Positions 1-12,738 of a DNA stretch of 64,000 nt are shown here, piece by piece; positions within the stretch are counted from its first letter, which is position 1, and each line of letters opens with the position of its first letter. The translations under genes were made by a program, and so were the position numbers. Location of the stretch: the NCBI RefSeq assembly GCF_009914755.1, contig NC_060947.1; one strand, 5' to 3'. This DNA comes from the human T2T-CHM13v2.0 reference genome, Homo sapiens. The notes below the pieces were generated by a model. The model had not been told where the DNA came from and searched no databases. It saw only the letters and a list, made by a program, of their open reading frames with translations.

Positions 1-3000
1 GTGTGTGTGTGTGTGATATTTTCTTTATCCACTCATTGACTGATGGGCATTTGGGCTGGTTCCATATTTTTGCAATTGCAAATTGTGCTGCTATAACGTG
101 TGTGCAAGTATCTTTTTTCTGAAATGACTTTTCTTATGGGTAGATACACAGGAGCGAGATTGCTGGATCAAATGGTAGTTCTAGTTTATTTCTTTAAGGA
201 ATCTCCACAGTTTTCCATAATGGTTGTGCTAGTTTACATTCCCACAAACGTTGTAAAAGTATTCCTTTTTCACTATATCTATGGTGAAATCTATTATTTT
301 TTGATTTTTTGATTATTGCCATTTTTGCAGGAGTGAGATGGTATCGCATTGTGGGTTTGATTTGCATTTCCGTGATAATTAGTAACGTTGAGCACTTTTT
401 CATATGTTTGTGGCCCATTTGTTTATCTTCTTTTGAGAATTTTCTATTCATGTCGTTTGCTCACTTTTTGATCAGATTATTATTATTATTATTTTCTTGA
501 TGATTTGTTTGGATTCCTTGTAGATTCTGGTCCTTTGTCAGATATTAGTCAGATATTAGTCCTTTGTCAGAACGGTAGATTGTGAAGATTTTCTCCAACT
601 CTGTGGGTTGTCTGTTTACTCTGCTGCTGCTGATGATGATGATGATTATTATTACTTTTTTTGTTGTTGTGCAGAAGCTTTTTTGTTAAATTAAGTCCCA
701 TCTATTTATCTTTGTTTTTATTGTATTGCTTTCGGGTTCTTGGTCATAAAGTCTTTGCCAAATCCAACATCTAGAAGGGTTTTTCTGATGTTATATTCTA
801 GGATCTTTATGGTCTTGGGTCTTAGATTTAAGTCTTTGATCCATCTTGAGTTGATTTTTGTATAAGGTGGGGGATGAGGATCCAGTTTCATTCTTCTATA
901 TGTGGCTTGTCAATTATCTCAGCACAATTTGTTTAATAGGGTGTCCTTTCCCCACTTTATGTTTTTGTTTGCTTTGTTGAAGGTCAGTTGGCTATAAGTA
1001 TTTTGGTTTACTTCTGAATCCTCAATTCTGTTCCATTGGTATATATGCCTATTTTTATACCAGTCCCATGCTGTTTTGGTGACTAGGGCCTTATAGTATA
1101 GTTTGAAGTCAGATAATGTGATGCCTCCGGATTTGTTCCTTATGCTTAGTGTTGCTTTGGCCGTGAAGGGTCTTTTTTGGTTTCCTATGAATTTTAGGAT
1201 TTTTTTTTCTAGTTCTGTGAAGAATGATGGTGGTATTTTGATGAGAATTGCATAGAATTTGTAGATTGCTTTTGGTAGTGTGGTTATTTTCAAAATGTTG
1301 ATTCTACCCATCCATGAGTATAAGATGTGTTTCCATTCGTTTGTGTCATCTATGATTTCTTTCAGCAGTGTTTTTTAGTTTTCTTTATAGAGATCCTTTA
1401 CCTCCTTCATTAGGTATATGTGCAAGTATTTTACTCTTTTGCAGCTATTGTAAAAGGGGTTGAGTTCTTGATGCTCAGCTTGGTCACTGTTGGTGTATAG
1501 AAGAGCTACTGATTTGTGTACATTACATTTTTATCCTGAGACTTTCCTGAATTCATTTACCAGTTCTAGGAGCTTTTTGAATGAGTCTTTAGGGTTTTCT
1601 AGGTATACAATTGTTATCAGCAAACAGTGACAGTTTGACTTCCTCTTTACCAGTTTGGATGACTTTATTTCTTTCTCTAGTCTGATTGCTCTGGCTAGGA
1701 ATTCCAGTACTATGTTGAATATAAGTGGTGAAAGTGGGCATCTTGTCATGCTCCATTTCTCAGGAGGAATGCTTCCAACTTTTCCCTATTCAGTATAATG
1801 TTGACTGTGGGTTTGTCATAGATGGCTTGTATTACTTTAAGGTATGTGCCTTCTATGCCAATTTTACTGTGGGTTTTAATCATAAAGGGATTCTGGGTTT
1901 TGTCAAATGCTTTTTCTGCATCTATTGAGGTGATCATGTGATTATTGTTGTTAATTATATTTACGTAGTGTATCACATTTATTGACTTGCATATGTTAAA
2001 CCATCCCTGCATAACTTGAATGAAACCCACTTGATCATGGTCAGTTATCCTTTTGATATGCTGTTGTATTTGGCACATTAGTATTTTGTTGAGGATTTTT
2101 GCATCTATGATCATCAGGGATATAAGTCTGTAGTTGCCTTTTTTTGTTATATCCTTTCCTGGTTTGGGTGGTAGAGTGATGCTGGCTTCATAGAATGATT
2201 TACAGAGGATTTTCTCTTTCTCTATTTTTTAAAATAATGTCATTAGAATTGCCATCAATTCTTCCTTGAATGTCTGATAGATTCAGTTGTGAATTCATCT
2301 GATCCTGGGCTTTTTTTTTATTGCTAACATTAATTACCACTTTAATCTTGCTGCTTGTTATTGGTCTGTTCAGAGTTTCTATATCTTCCTGGTTTAATCT
2401 AGGAGAGTTATTTATTTTCAGGAATTTATTATTCTTTTCTAGGTATTCTAGTTTGTGTGTGTAAAGGTGTTATAGTGGCCTTGAATGGTAATTAGTATTT
2501 CTATGATATCAGTTGTAATACCTTCTATTTTATTTCTAATTGAGCTTATTTAGATATTTTCTCTTATTTTCTTGGTTAATCTTACTAGTGTTTTATCAAT
2601 TCTATTTATCTTTTCAAAGAACCAGCTTTTTGTTTCATTTATCTTTTGTGTTTTTGTTTTGTTTTGTTTTCATTTCATTTAGTTCTGGTTTGATCTTTGT
2701 TATTTCCTTTCTTCTGCTGGGTTTGGGTTTGGTTTCCTCTTGTTTCTTTAGTTCCATGAGGTGTGACCTTAGATTGTCTATTTGTGTTCTTTCAGACTTT
2801 TTGATGTAGGCATTTAATGCTTTGAACTTTCCTCTTAGCATCAGCTTTTGCTGTATCCAAGAGGTTTAGATAGGTTATGTCACTATCATCATTCAGTTCA
2901 AATAATTTTTAAATTTCTATCAAGATTTCATTGTTGACCCAATTATCATTATGTAGGTGGTTATTTAATTTCCATGTATTTGCAAGATTTTGAGGGCTTC

Positions 3001-5822
3001 TTTTAGAGTAGATTTCCAATTTTATTCAACTGTGGTCTAAAAGAGTACTTAGTATAATTTTAATTTTCTTAGATTTGTTGAGACTAGTTTTGTGGCCTAT
3101 CATATGGTCTATCTTGAAGAATGTTCTGTGTGCTGAGGAATAGAATGTTTATTCTGTATTTGTTGGGTAGAATGTTCTGTAAATATCTAGTAAGTCCATT
3201 TGTTCTAGGGCATACATTAAGTTCATTGTTTCTTCATTGAATTTCTGTCTTGATGACCTGTCTAGTGCTGTCAGTGGAGTATTGACATCCCCCACTATTG
3301 TGTTGCTATCTCATTTTTTAGGTCTAGTAGTAATGGTTTTATAAATTTGGAAGCTCCATTGCTAGGTGCATATGTATTTAGGATCGTGATACTTTCATTT
3401 TAAACAAGACCTTTTATCATTATATAGTGTCCCTCTTTGTCTTTTTTTAACTGCTGTAGCTTTAAAGTTTGTTTTGTCTGATGGAAGAAGAGCTATTCCT
3501 GCTTGCTTTTGGTGTTTATTTGCATAGAGCATCTTTTTTCTGTCCCTTTACCTTAAGTTTCTGTGAGTCCTTATGTGTCAGGTGAGTCTCTTGAAAACAG
3601 CAGATATTTGGTTGGTGAATTATTTTCTATTCTGCTATTTCGTATCTTTTAAGTGGAACATTTAGGCCATTTACATTTAATTTTAGTATTAAGATATGAG
3701 GTATTATTCTATTCATTGCACTATTTGTTGCCTGAATACCTTGATTTTTATTGTGTTATTGTTATATAGGTCCTGTGAGATTTATGCTTTAAGGAGATTC
3801 CATTTTGGAGTATTTTCAGGATATTTTTCCAGATTTCGAGTTCATTTTAACAGTTCTTGTAGTGCTGGCTTTGTAGAGATGAATTCTCTCATCATTTATT
3901 TTTTCACAAAATATCACTTTTTTATTTATGAAGCTTAATTTCACTGGATATAAAACTTTTGTTGGCTGATAATTGTTTTTTTTTTTTTAAGAAGGCTAAG
4001 TATAGGAATTTAATCCCTTCTAGCTTGTAGAGTTTCTGCTGAGAAATCTGCTGTTAATCTGATAGATTTCCTTTGTAGGTTACCTGATGTTTTGCCTCAC
4101 ATCTCTTAAGACTTTTTCCTTTGTCTTGACTTTAGATAACCTGATAACAATGTGCCAACGTGATGATCTTTTTGCACAGAATTTCCCGAGTGTTCTTTGA
4201 ACTTCTTGTATTTGGATGTCTAGATCTCTAGCAAGGCTGGGGAAGTTTTCCTTGATTATTCCCTCAAATGTATTTTTCAAACTCTTAGATTTCTTTTCTT
4301 TCTCAGGAACGTGAAATGTTCTTATGTTTGGTTGTTTAACGTAATCCCAAACTTCTTTGAGGCTTTTTTCAATTTTGTAATTCTTTTCTCCCAACGCTTT
4401 GTCAGATTGGGCTAATTTGAATGTGTTGTCTTTGAGCTCTGAAGTTCTTTCTTTTACCTGTTTGATTCTATTGTTGAGACTGCCCAGTGTATTTTGCATT
4501 TCTCTAAATGTTTCATTCATTTCAGAAGTTGTGATTGTTTTTTATTTATGCTGTCAATTTTACTTGAGATTTTTCCATTTGCATCCTGTGTTTTTTTGTT
4601 TCTTTAATTTGGACTTCACTGTTATCTGGTGCCTCCTTGATTAGCTTAATAATCCACCTTCTCAATTTGTTTTCTGGCAATTCAGGTATTTCTTTTTGGT
4701 TTGGATCTTATGTTAGTGAGCTAGTGTAATATTTTAGCGGTGTTAAAGACCTTGTTTTGTCATATTACCAGAATTGTGTTTCTGGTTCCTTTTTATTTGA
4801 ATAGACTATGTCAGAAGGAAGATCTGGCACTCAAGGGTTGCTGTTCAGATTCCTTTGTCTCATGGACTGTTTACTTGATGTGGTATTCTTCCCTTTCCCC
4901 TAGGGATGGGGTTTCCTGAGAGTCGAACTTCAGTGATGGTTATTTCTCTTCTGGATCTAGGCTCTCAGAGGAGCTACCAGGCTCCAGGATGATACTGGGG
5001 AGTGTCTGTAAAGAGTCCTGTGATGTGATTCATCTTCAGGTCTCTCAGCCATGGATACCAGCAATTGTATCACTAAAGGTAGCAGGAGAGTGAAGTGGAC
5101 TTTGTGATGGTCCTTGGTTGTATTTTTGTTAATTGCAAGGGTTTTGTGTTGCTTGGCCTCCAGCTAGGAGGTGGTGCTTTCAAGAGCACATTAGCTGCAG
5201 TAGTATAAGGAAGATACAAGTTTGCCCTAGGGTCAGGCAGTGGGTAGAGCCATGGATATCCCAGGAGATTATGTCCCTTTGTCTTTGGCTATCAGGTTGA
5301 GTAAAGACTATCAAAAGTTAGGTGTGTCTGAGCTCAGATTCTCCTTTGGCAGGGCTTTCTGTGGCTGCTGGTGGGGAGTGTAGTTGTGGTTCCCAGACCA
5401 ATTGAGTTATGTTCCCAGGAAGATTATGGCTGCCTCTGCTGGGTCACACAGGTCACCAAGGAAGTGGTAGAAACCCAGCTACTACACAGCCCACAGCCCC
5501 AAAAGCCAATCTCACACCATGCCTCCCCCAACAGCACCGAATTTATTTCCAGGCAGCCAGGGAGCAGGGCTGAGACCTCGCTTCAGGTTTCAAGCCTCCC
5601 AACTCAGAAAGCAAGCAGACTCACAGTTCCTCAGCTGTCCCATGTAGCCTGCAGTGGCAATCCACCTCCTTCAAAAAGTCTGTGGATTCTATTGGCTTTC
5701 TTGGTATGTTCTTGTAGTAGTTCCTGAAGCAAAAGTTTACGATGTGAGTTTCCACATGCTACTCTTTTCATCTAAGTGGGAGCTGCAAGTTAGTCCTACC
5801 ACTGAACCACCATTTTTTTTCT
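1..5822 (-). mobile_element. LINE-1, L1PB-like, near full length (3' end lies outside the window), decayed
   Basis: Minus-strand ORF2 fragments (194-451 C-terminal CCHC region, 919-1311, 1746-2114 'DHDQVGFI') and an ORF1 fragment (4080-4520). The 5'UTR ends near 5815 with a motif homologous to the L1PB 5' ends at 44100-44135 and 44560-44600. Confidence 0.92.
621..654. repeat. Compound microsatellite (CTG)n(GAT)n(ATT)n grown inside L1 ORF2
   Basis: ctgctgctgctgatgatgatgatgattattatta; the homologous site at 18616 reads only ctgctgattatt. Confidence 0.9.
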
Positions 5823-8734
5823 CCACATGTTCTTTATCTATTTACCTGTTGATGAACACTTAGGTTGCTTTCAGAACTTGATTATTGTAAACAGAGGTGA
5901 AACAAAAATAAGAGTGCAGATACATCTTAGATATATTGATTTTCTTTCAGTTATATACCCAGGAGTTGGGTTGCTGGATTCTATAATGTCTCTACTTTTA
6001 GTTTTTTGAGGAACCTCTAAACTGTTCTTTATAGTGGTTGTACTAACTTACATTCCAACCAACAGTATATGAACTTTCCATTTTCTCCACAACAGCATTT
6101 GTTATTTCCTGTCTTTCGGATATAAGCCATTTTATCTGGGATGAGATGATATCTCATTGCAGTGTTGATTTGCATTTCTCTGATGATCAATTATGTTGAG
6201 CAACTTTTCTTCAATGAGTGATGCTGGGAAAAGCCAATATCCATATGTAGAAGAATAAAACTAGACCTTATATCTCATTATATACAAAAATCAAATAAAA
6301 ATTATTAACTACTTAAATGTAAAACCTCAATCTATAAAACTAGTATAATAAAACATTGTAGAAACTCTCCAGAGCATCATCAGTCTTGGAAATGATATTT
6401 TGAGTAATATCCCACAAACACAGGCACTGCAAGCAAAAATAAAAAAAAAATATAGAACACATCAAGTTAAAAATCTGCACAGCAAAGGAAACAAACAAAG
6501 TGAAGAAACAACTCACAGTATGAGAGAAAATATCTTCAAACTACCCATCTGACAAGGGTTTAATAATCAGAATATGTATAAAGTTCAAACAACTGTATAG
6601 GAAAAATTATAATTATGCAATTAAAATGGGCAAAATATTTAAATAGACATTTTTCTAAAGAAGATATACAAATGGAAAACAGTCTGTTCTATTGGCCTAT
6701 ATGTCTGTTTTTATGTCAGTGCCATGCTGTTTTGGTTACTATAGCTGTGTAGCATAATTTGAAGTCAGGTAATATGATTCCTTCAGTTTTGTTCTTTCTG
6801 CTTAGGATAGCTTTGGTTATTTTGGATCTTTTGTGGTTCCATATACATTTTAGGATTGCTTTTTTCTATTTTCCTGAAAAAGGTAATTGGTATTTTGATA
6901 GGGATTGCACCGAATCTGTAAATTGCTTTAGGTAGTATGGACATTTTAACATTATTGATTCTGCTAATCAGTGAACATAAAATATCTTTCCACTTTGGGG
7001 TGCGTTCTTTTATTTCTTTCATCAGTGTTTTATAGTTTTTATTACAACAATCTTTGACTTTTTTACTTAAGTTAATTCCGAAGTATTTAAATTTATTTGT
7101 GGCTATTGTAAATAGGACTATTTAAAATTTTTTTCTTCAGTTTGTTCACTGTTAACATCCAGAATGCTACTCATTGTCGTATGTTGATTTTGTGTCTCGC
7201 AACTCTATTTAACTTTTTTTTTTAGTTCTAATAGTTTTTTGGCATAATATTTCAAATTTTCCAAATATAAGATTATATCATCAGCAAACAAGGATAATTT
7301 GACATCTTGCTTTCCAAATTAGATGATGATTATTTTTTTCTTTGTTTGATTGCTGTAGCTAGAATTCCCAGGGCTATGTTGAATAACAGTTGTGAAAGTG
7401 GGTATTTTTGTCTTGTTCCAGATCTTAGAGGAAAAAATTTGTTTTTTTAAAATTCAGTGTGATACAAGCTGTTGAACTGTCATATATGGCTTTTATTACA
7501 TTGAGGTATATTCCTTCTATACCAATTTTTTAAGGGTTTTTATCATGAAGGGATGTTAGATTTTATAAAATTCTTTTTCAGCAATATTCGAAATTATTAT
7601 ATGGTTTTTCTCATTTTTTCTGTTGATATAAGGTGTATCATTGATTCATTTGCATATGCTGAACCATACTTGCATCTCAGGGATAAACCCTATTTGATCA
7701 TGATGAATGATCTTTCTAATGTATTGTTGAATTCTGTTTGCTAGTATTTTGTTAGAATTTTTCTGTCAATATTTGTCAGAGATATTGGCCTGGAGATTTC
7801 TTTTTATTTGATATGTCTTTGTCTAGTGTATACATATTTTGATATGTCTTTTTCTTTGGTATCAGGATAATACTGGCTTTATAGAATGGCCTTGAGTGTA
7901 TTTCCTCCTCCTGTACTTTTTGGAATAGTTTGAGAAGAATTAGTGTTTGTTTATCTTTAAATGTTTGGTAGGATTCTTCAGTGAAGCCATTGGGTTCTGG
8001 GCTTTTATTTATTTGGAAAGTTTTTATTATGTCTTCAATCTCATTACCTCTTATTGCTCTGTTTAGATTTTAGATTTTTTTTTTCATGGTTTAATCTTGA
8101 TAAGTTGCATCTGTCTAAGAATTTATCCATTACCCCCAGAGTTTCTAATTTATTAGTATATAGTTGCTTGTAGTAGCCAGTGATAACTCTTTGAATTTCT
8201 GCAGTATCAATTCTAATGTATCTTTTGTCAACTCTGATTTTATTTATTTGGATCTTCTTTGTAGTTAGTCTGGCTAATGTTTAGTCTATTTTGTTTAGCT
8301 TTTAAAACAACAAACTTTTTGTTTCATTGATGTTGTGTATTGTTTTGTTTGCTTCCATTTCATTTTTTATGCTCTGATCTTCACTATATTTTCTCTTCTA
8401 CTAATTATGGATTTGGTTTGCTGTTACTCTTCTTGTTCTTTAGATGCATAAATAGGTGGTTTATTTGAAGTTTTTATTTGATGTAAATATACATTTTCCT
8501 CTTAGTACTGCTTTTGCTGTATTCCGTTGTTGTGTTTTCACTATCAAGTGTTTCATAAAATTTCTCAATTTTTTAAAAATTATTTATCATTCCACTGGTC
8601 ATTCTGGAGTATATTATTTAATTTCTACGTATTTGCATAGTTTCCAAAATTATCCTTAATTTCTAGCATTATATTATTGTGGTCAGAGGAGATTCTTCAT
8701 ATTATTTTAATTTGAATGTTTTAAGACTTGCTTT
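5823..8734 (-). mobile_element. Old L1MA-type host element, piece 1 (3' half of ORF2; contains an internal inversion at 6206-6682)
   Basis: Divergent ORF2 homology (6783-7022 '[20 protein letters not shown]'). It continues colinearly at 15181 across a TSD. Confidence 0.85.
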
Positions 8735-9250
8735 GGATCTGGGCTGGCAAGATGGCTGAATAAGAACAGCTCTGATCAGCAGCTCCCAGGAAGATCAGTG
8801 CAGAAGGTGGGTGCTTTCTGCATTTCCAACTGAGGTACCTGGCTCATCTCAATGCAACTGGTTAGATAGTGGGTGCAGCCCATGGAGGGTGAGCCAAAGC
8901 AGGGTGGGAATTCACCTCACCTGGGAAACACAAGGGGTCAGGGAAGTCCCTCCCCTAGCCAAGGGAAGCCATGAGGAACTATGTCATGAGAAATGGTGCA
9001 TTCCATCCCAGATACAATGCTTTTCCCATGATTTTCTCAACCCACTGACAAGGAAATTTCCTCAGGTGCCTACACCACCAGAGCCCTGGATTTCAAGCAT
9101 AAAGCTGGGCAGCCATTTGGGCTGACACCAGGCTAGCTGCAGGAGTTTTTTTTTTTTTTTCTTAACCCAGTGGCGCCTTGAATGCCAGCAAGACAGAACT
9201 GTTTGCTGCCTGGGAAAGGGGGCTGAAGCCAGGGAGCCAAGTGGTCTAGC

Positions 9251-9379
9251 TCAGCAGACTCCCCTCCCCACAGAGCCCAGCAAGCTAAGATCCACTGGCA
9301 TGAAATTCTTGCTGCACGCAAAGCAGTCTGAAGTCGACCTGGGACACTCAAGCTTGGTGGAGGGAGGGGCATCCGCCAT
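9251..9379 (-). pseudogene. ORF0-like antisense ORF in the L1 5'UTR (42 aa)
   Basis: MADAPPSTKLECPRSTSDCFACS... sits at the position homologous to L1 ORF0 (MAGAPPPASLPPCSLISDCCAS). Confidence 0.55.
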
Positions 9380-12300
9380 TACTGAAGTTTGAGTAGGCAG
9401 TTTTTCCCTCAAAGTGTAAACAAAGCTACCCAGAAGTTCTAACTGGGCAAAGTGCACTGCAGCTTGGCAAACCTGCTGTAGCTAGACAGCCTCTCTAGGT
9501 TCCTCCTCTCTCAGCAGGGCATCTCTAAAAGAAAGGCAGCAGCCACAGTAAGGGGCTTATAGATAAAACTCCCTTCTCCCTGAGACAGAACACTTGGGGG
9601 AATGAATGGCTGTGGGTGCAGCTTCAGAAGACTAAATGTTCTTGCCTGCTGGCTCTGGAGGGAGCAGCACATCTCCCAGCACAGGATTCAAGCTCTGCTA
9701 AGGGACAGAGTGCCTCCTCAAGTGGGTCCCTGACCCCCACGTCTTCTGACTGGGAGACAACTCCCAGCACAGGTCAACAGACACCTCATACAGGAGAGCT
9801 CTGGCTGGCACCTAGTGGGTGCCCCTCTGGGATGAAGCTTCCAGAGGAAGGAACAGGCAGCATTTTTTGCTGTTCTGCAGCCTCCACTGGTAATACCCAG
9901 GCAAACAGGGTCTGGAGTGGACCTCCAGCAAACTCCAGCAGACCTGCATCAGAGGGGCCTGACTGTTAGAAATAAAACTAACAAACAGAAAAGAATAGCA
10001 ACATCATCAACAAAAAGGATGTCCACACATAAACCATTTCCGAAGGTCACCAATATCAAAGATCAAAGGTAGATAAATCCACGAAGATAAGGAAAAACCA
10101 GCTCAAAAAGGCTAAAAATTCAAATAACAAGAATGCCTCTTCTCCTCCAAAGGATCACAAATACTCACCAGCAAAGGAACAAAATTAGGCAGAGAATGAG
10201 TTTGATGAGTTGACAGAGGTAGGCTTCAGTAGCTGGGTAAAAACAAACTCTTCCAAGCTAAAGGAACGTGTCCTAACCCAAAGCAAGGAAGCTAAGACTC
10301 TTGAAAAAAGGTTAGAGGAATTACTAACTAGAATAACCAGTTTAGAGAAGGTAGCATACACAAGTATCCATAGCCAAACTGATCAAGTGAAAGAAAGAAT
10401 ATGTGAAATTGAAGATCAACTTAATAAAATAAAGCATGAAGACAAGATTAGAGAAAAAATAATGAAAAGGAACAAACAAAGCCTCCAAAAAATATGTAAC
10501 TATGTGAAAGACCAAACCTACATTTAATTGGAGTATCTGAAAGTGATGGGGAGATTAGAACCAAGTTGAAAAACACTCTTCAGGATATTATCCAGGAGAA
10601 CTTCCCCAACCTAGTAAGACAGGTCAACATTCAAATTCAGGAAATACAGAGAACACTACAAAGATACTCCTAGAGAAGAGCAACCTCATGATACACAATC
10701 ATCAGATTCACCATTGTTGAAATGAAGGAAACAATGTTAAGGCCAGCCAGAGAGAATGGTCAGGTTACCCACAAAGGGAAGCCAATCAGACTAACAGTGG
10801 ATCTCTCTTCAGAAACCCTACAAGCCAGAAGAGAGTGGGGACCAATATTCAACATTCTTAAAGAAAGAATTTTCAATCCAGAATTTCATATCCAGCCAAA
10901 TAAGCTTAATAAGTGAAGGAGAAATAGCATCCTTTCCAGACAAGCAAATGCTGAGAGATTTTGTCACCACCAGGCCTGCCTTATAAGAGCTCCTGAAGGA
11001 AGCACTAAATATGGAAAGGAAAAACTGGTACCAGCAACTGCAAAAACATACCAAATTGAAAAGACCATCAATACTTTGAAGAAACTCCATCAACTAATGG
11101 GCAAAATAACCAGGTAGCATCATAATAAGATCAAATTCACAATAAAATATTAACCTTAAATGTAAATGGGCTAAATGCCTCAATTAAAAGACACAGACTG
11201 GTAAATTGGATAAAAAATCAAGACCCATTGATGTGCTGTATTCAGGAGACTGATCTCATGTGCAAAGACACACATAGGTTCAAAATAAATGGATGGAGAA
11301 ATATTTACCAAGCAAATGGAAAGAAAAAAATTGCAGGGGTTGCAATCCTAGTTTCTGATAAAACAGACTTTAAACCTACAAAGATCAAGAAAGACAAAGA
11401 ATTGTATGACATAATGATAAAGGGATCAATGCAACAAGAAGAGCTAACTATCCTAAATATATATGCACCCAATACAGGAGCACCTAGATTCATACAGCAA
11501 GTTTTTAGAGACCTACAAAGAGATGTAGACTCCCACACAATAATAATGGGGGTCGTTACCACCCCACTGTCTATATTAGATCAATGAGGCAAAAAATTAA
11601 CAAGCATATTCAGGACTTGAACCCACCTCTGGACAAAGCGGACCTAATAGACAACTACAGAACTCTCCACCACAACTCAACACAGTATACATACTTCTCA
11701 GCACCACATCTCACTTATTCTAAAACTGACATAATTGAAAGTAAAACACTTCTCAGCAAATGCAAAATAATGAAAATCCTAACAAACAGTCTCTCAGACC
11801 ACAGTACAATGAAATTAGAACCCAGGATTAAGAAACTCAATCAAAACTGCACAGCTACATGGAAATTGAACAACCTGCTCCTGAATGACTACAGGGTAAA
11901 TATGAAATTAAGACAGAAATAAATAAGTCCTTTGAAACCAGTGAGAAAAAAGACACAATGTACCAGATTCTCTGGGACACAGCTAAAGCAGTGTTTAGAG
12001 AAAAACTTATAGCCCTAAATGCCCACAGGAGAAAGTAGGAAAGATCTAAATTCGATGCCCTCACATCACCATTAAACGAACTAGGGAAGCAAGAGCAAAC
12101 AAATTCAAAAGCTTGCAGAAGACAAGAAATAAGTGTCATCTGAGCCAAACTGAAGGAGATAGAGACATGAAAAACCTTTCAAAAAATCAATGAATCCAGG
12201 AGCTGGTTTGTTGAAAAGATTAACAAAATAGAGAGACCAATAGCCGCACAAATAAGAACAGAGAGAAGAATCAAATAGACCCAATAAAAAATGATAAAGA

Positions 12301-12671
12301 GGATATCACAACTGATCCCACAGAAATACAAACTACCAACAGAGGAGACTATAAACACCTCTACTCAATAAACTAGATAACCTAGAAGAAATGAATAAAT
12401 TCCTGGATACATACACCCTCCTAAGTCAAAACCAGAAAGAAGTTGAATCCCTGAATAGACCAATAACTAGTTCTGAAATTGAGGCAGTAATTAATAGACT
12501 ACCAACCAAAAAAAGCCCAGGACCAGATGGATTCCCAGCCAAATTCTACCAGAGATACAAAGCAGAGCTGGTACCATTCCTTCTGAAACTATTCCAAACA
12601 AGATAAAAAGAGGGACTCCTCACTAACTAATTTTGTGAGGCCAGCATCATCCTGATACCAAAACCTGGCAG

Positions 12672-12738
12672 ACACACGCACGCACACACACACACACACA
12701 CACACACAAACAACAACAACAACAACAACAACAACAAA
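12672..12738. repeat. Compound (CA)n(CAA)n microsatellite within L1 ORF2
   Basis: Direct reading. It expands the gacacaacaa motif seen almost unexpanded at 34122-34135. Confidence 0.95.
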
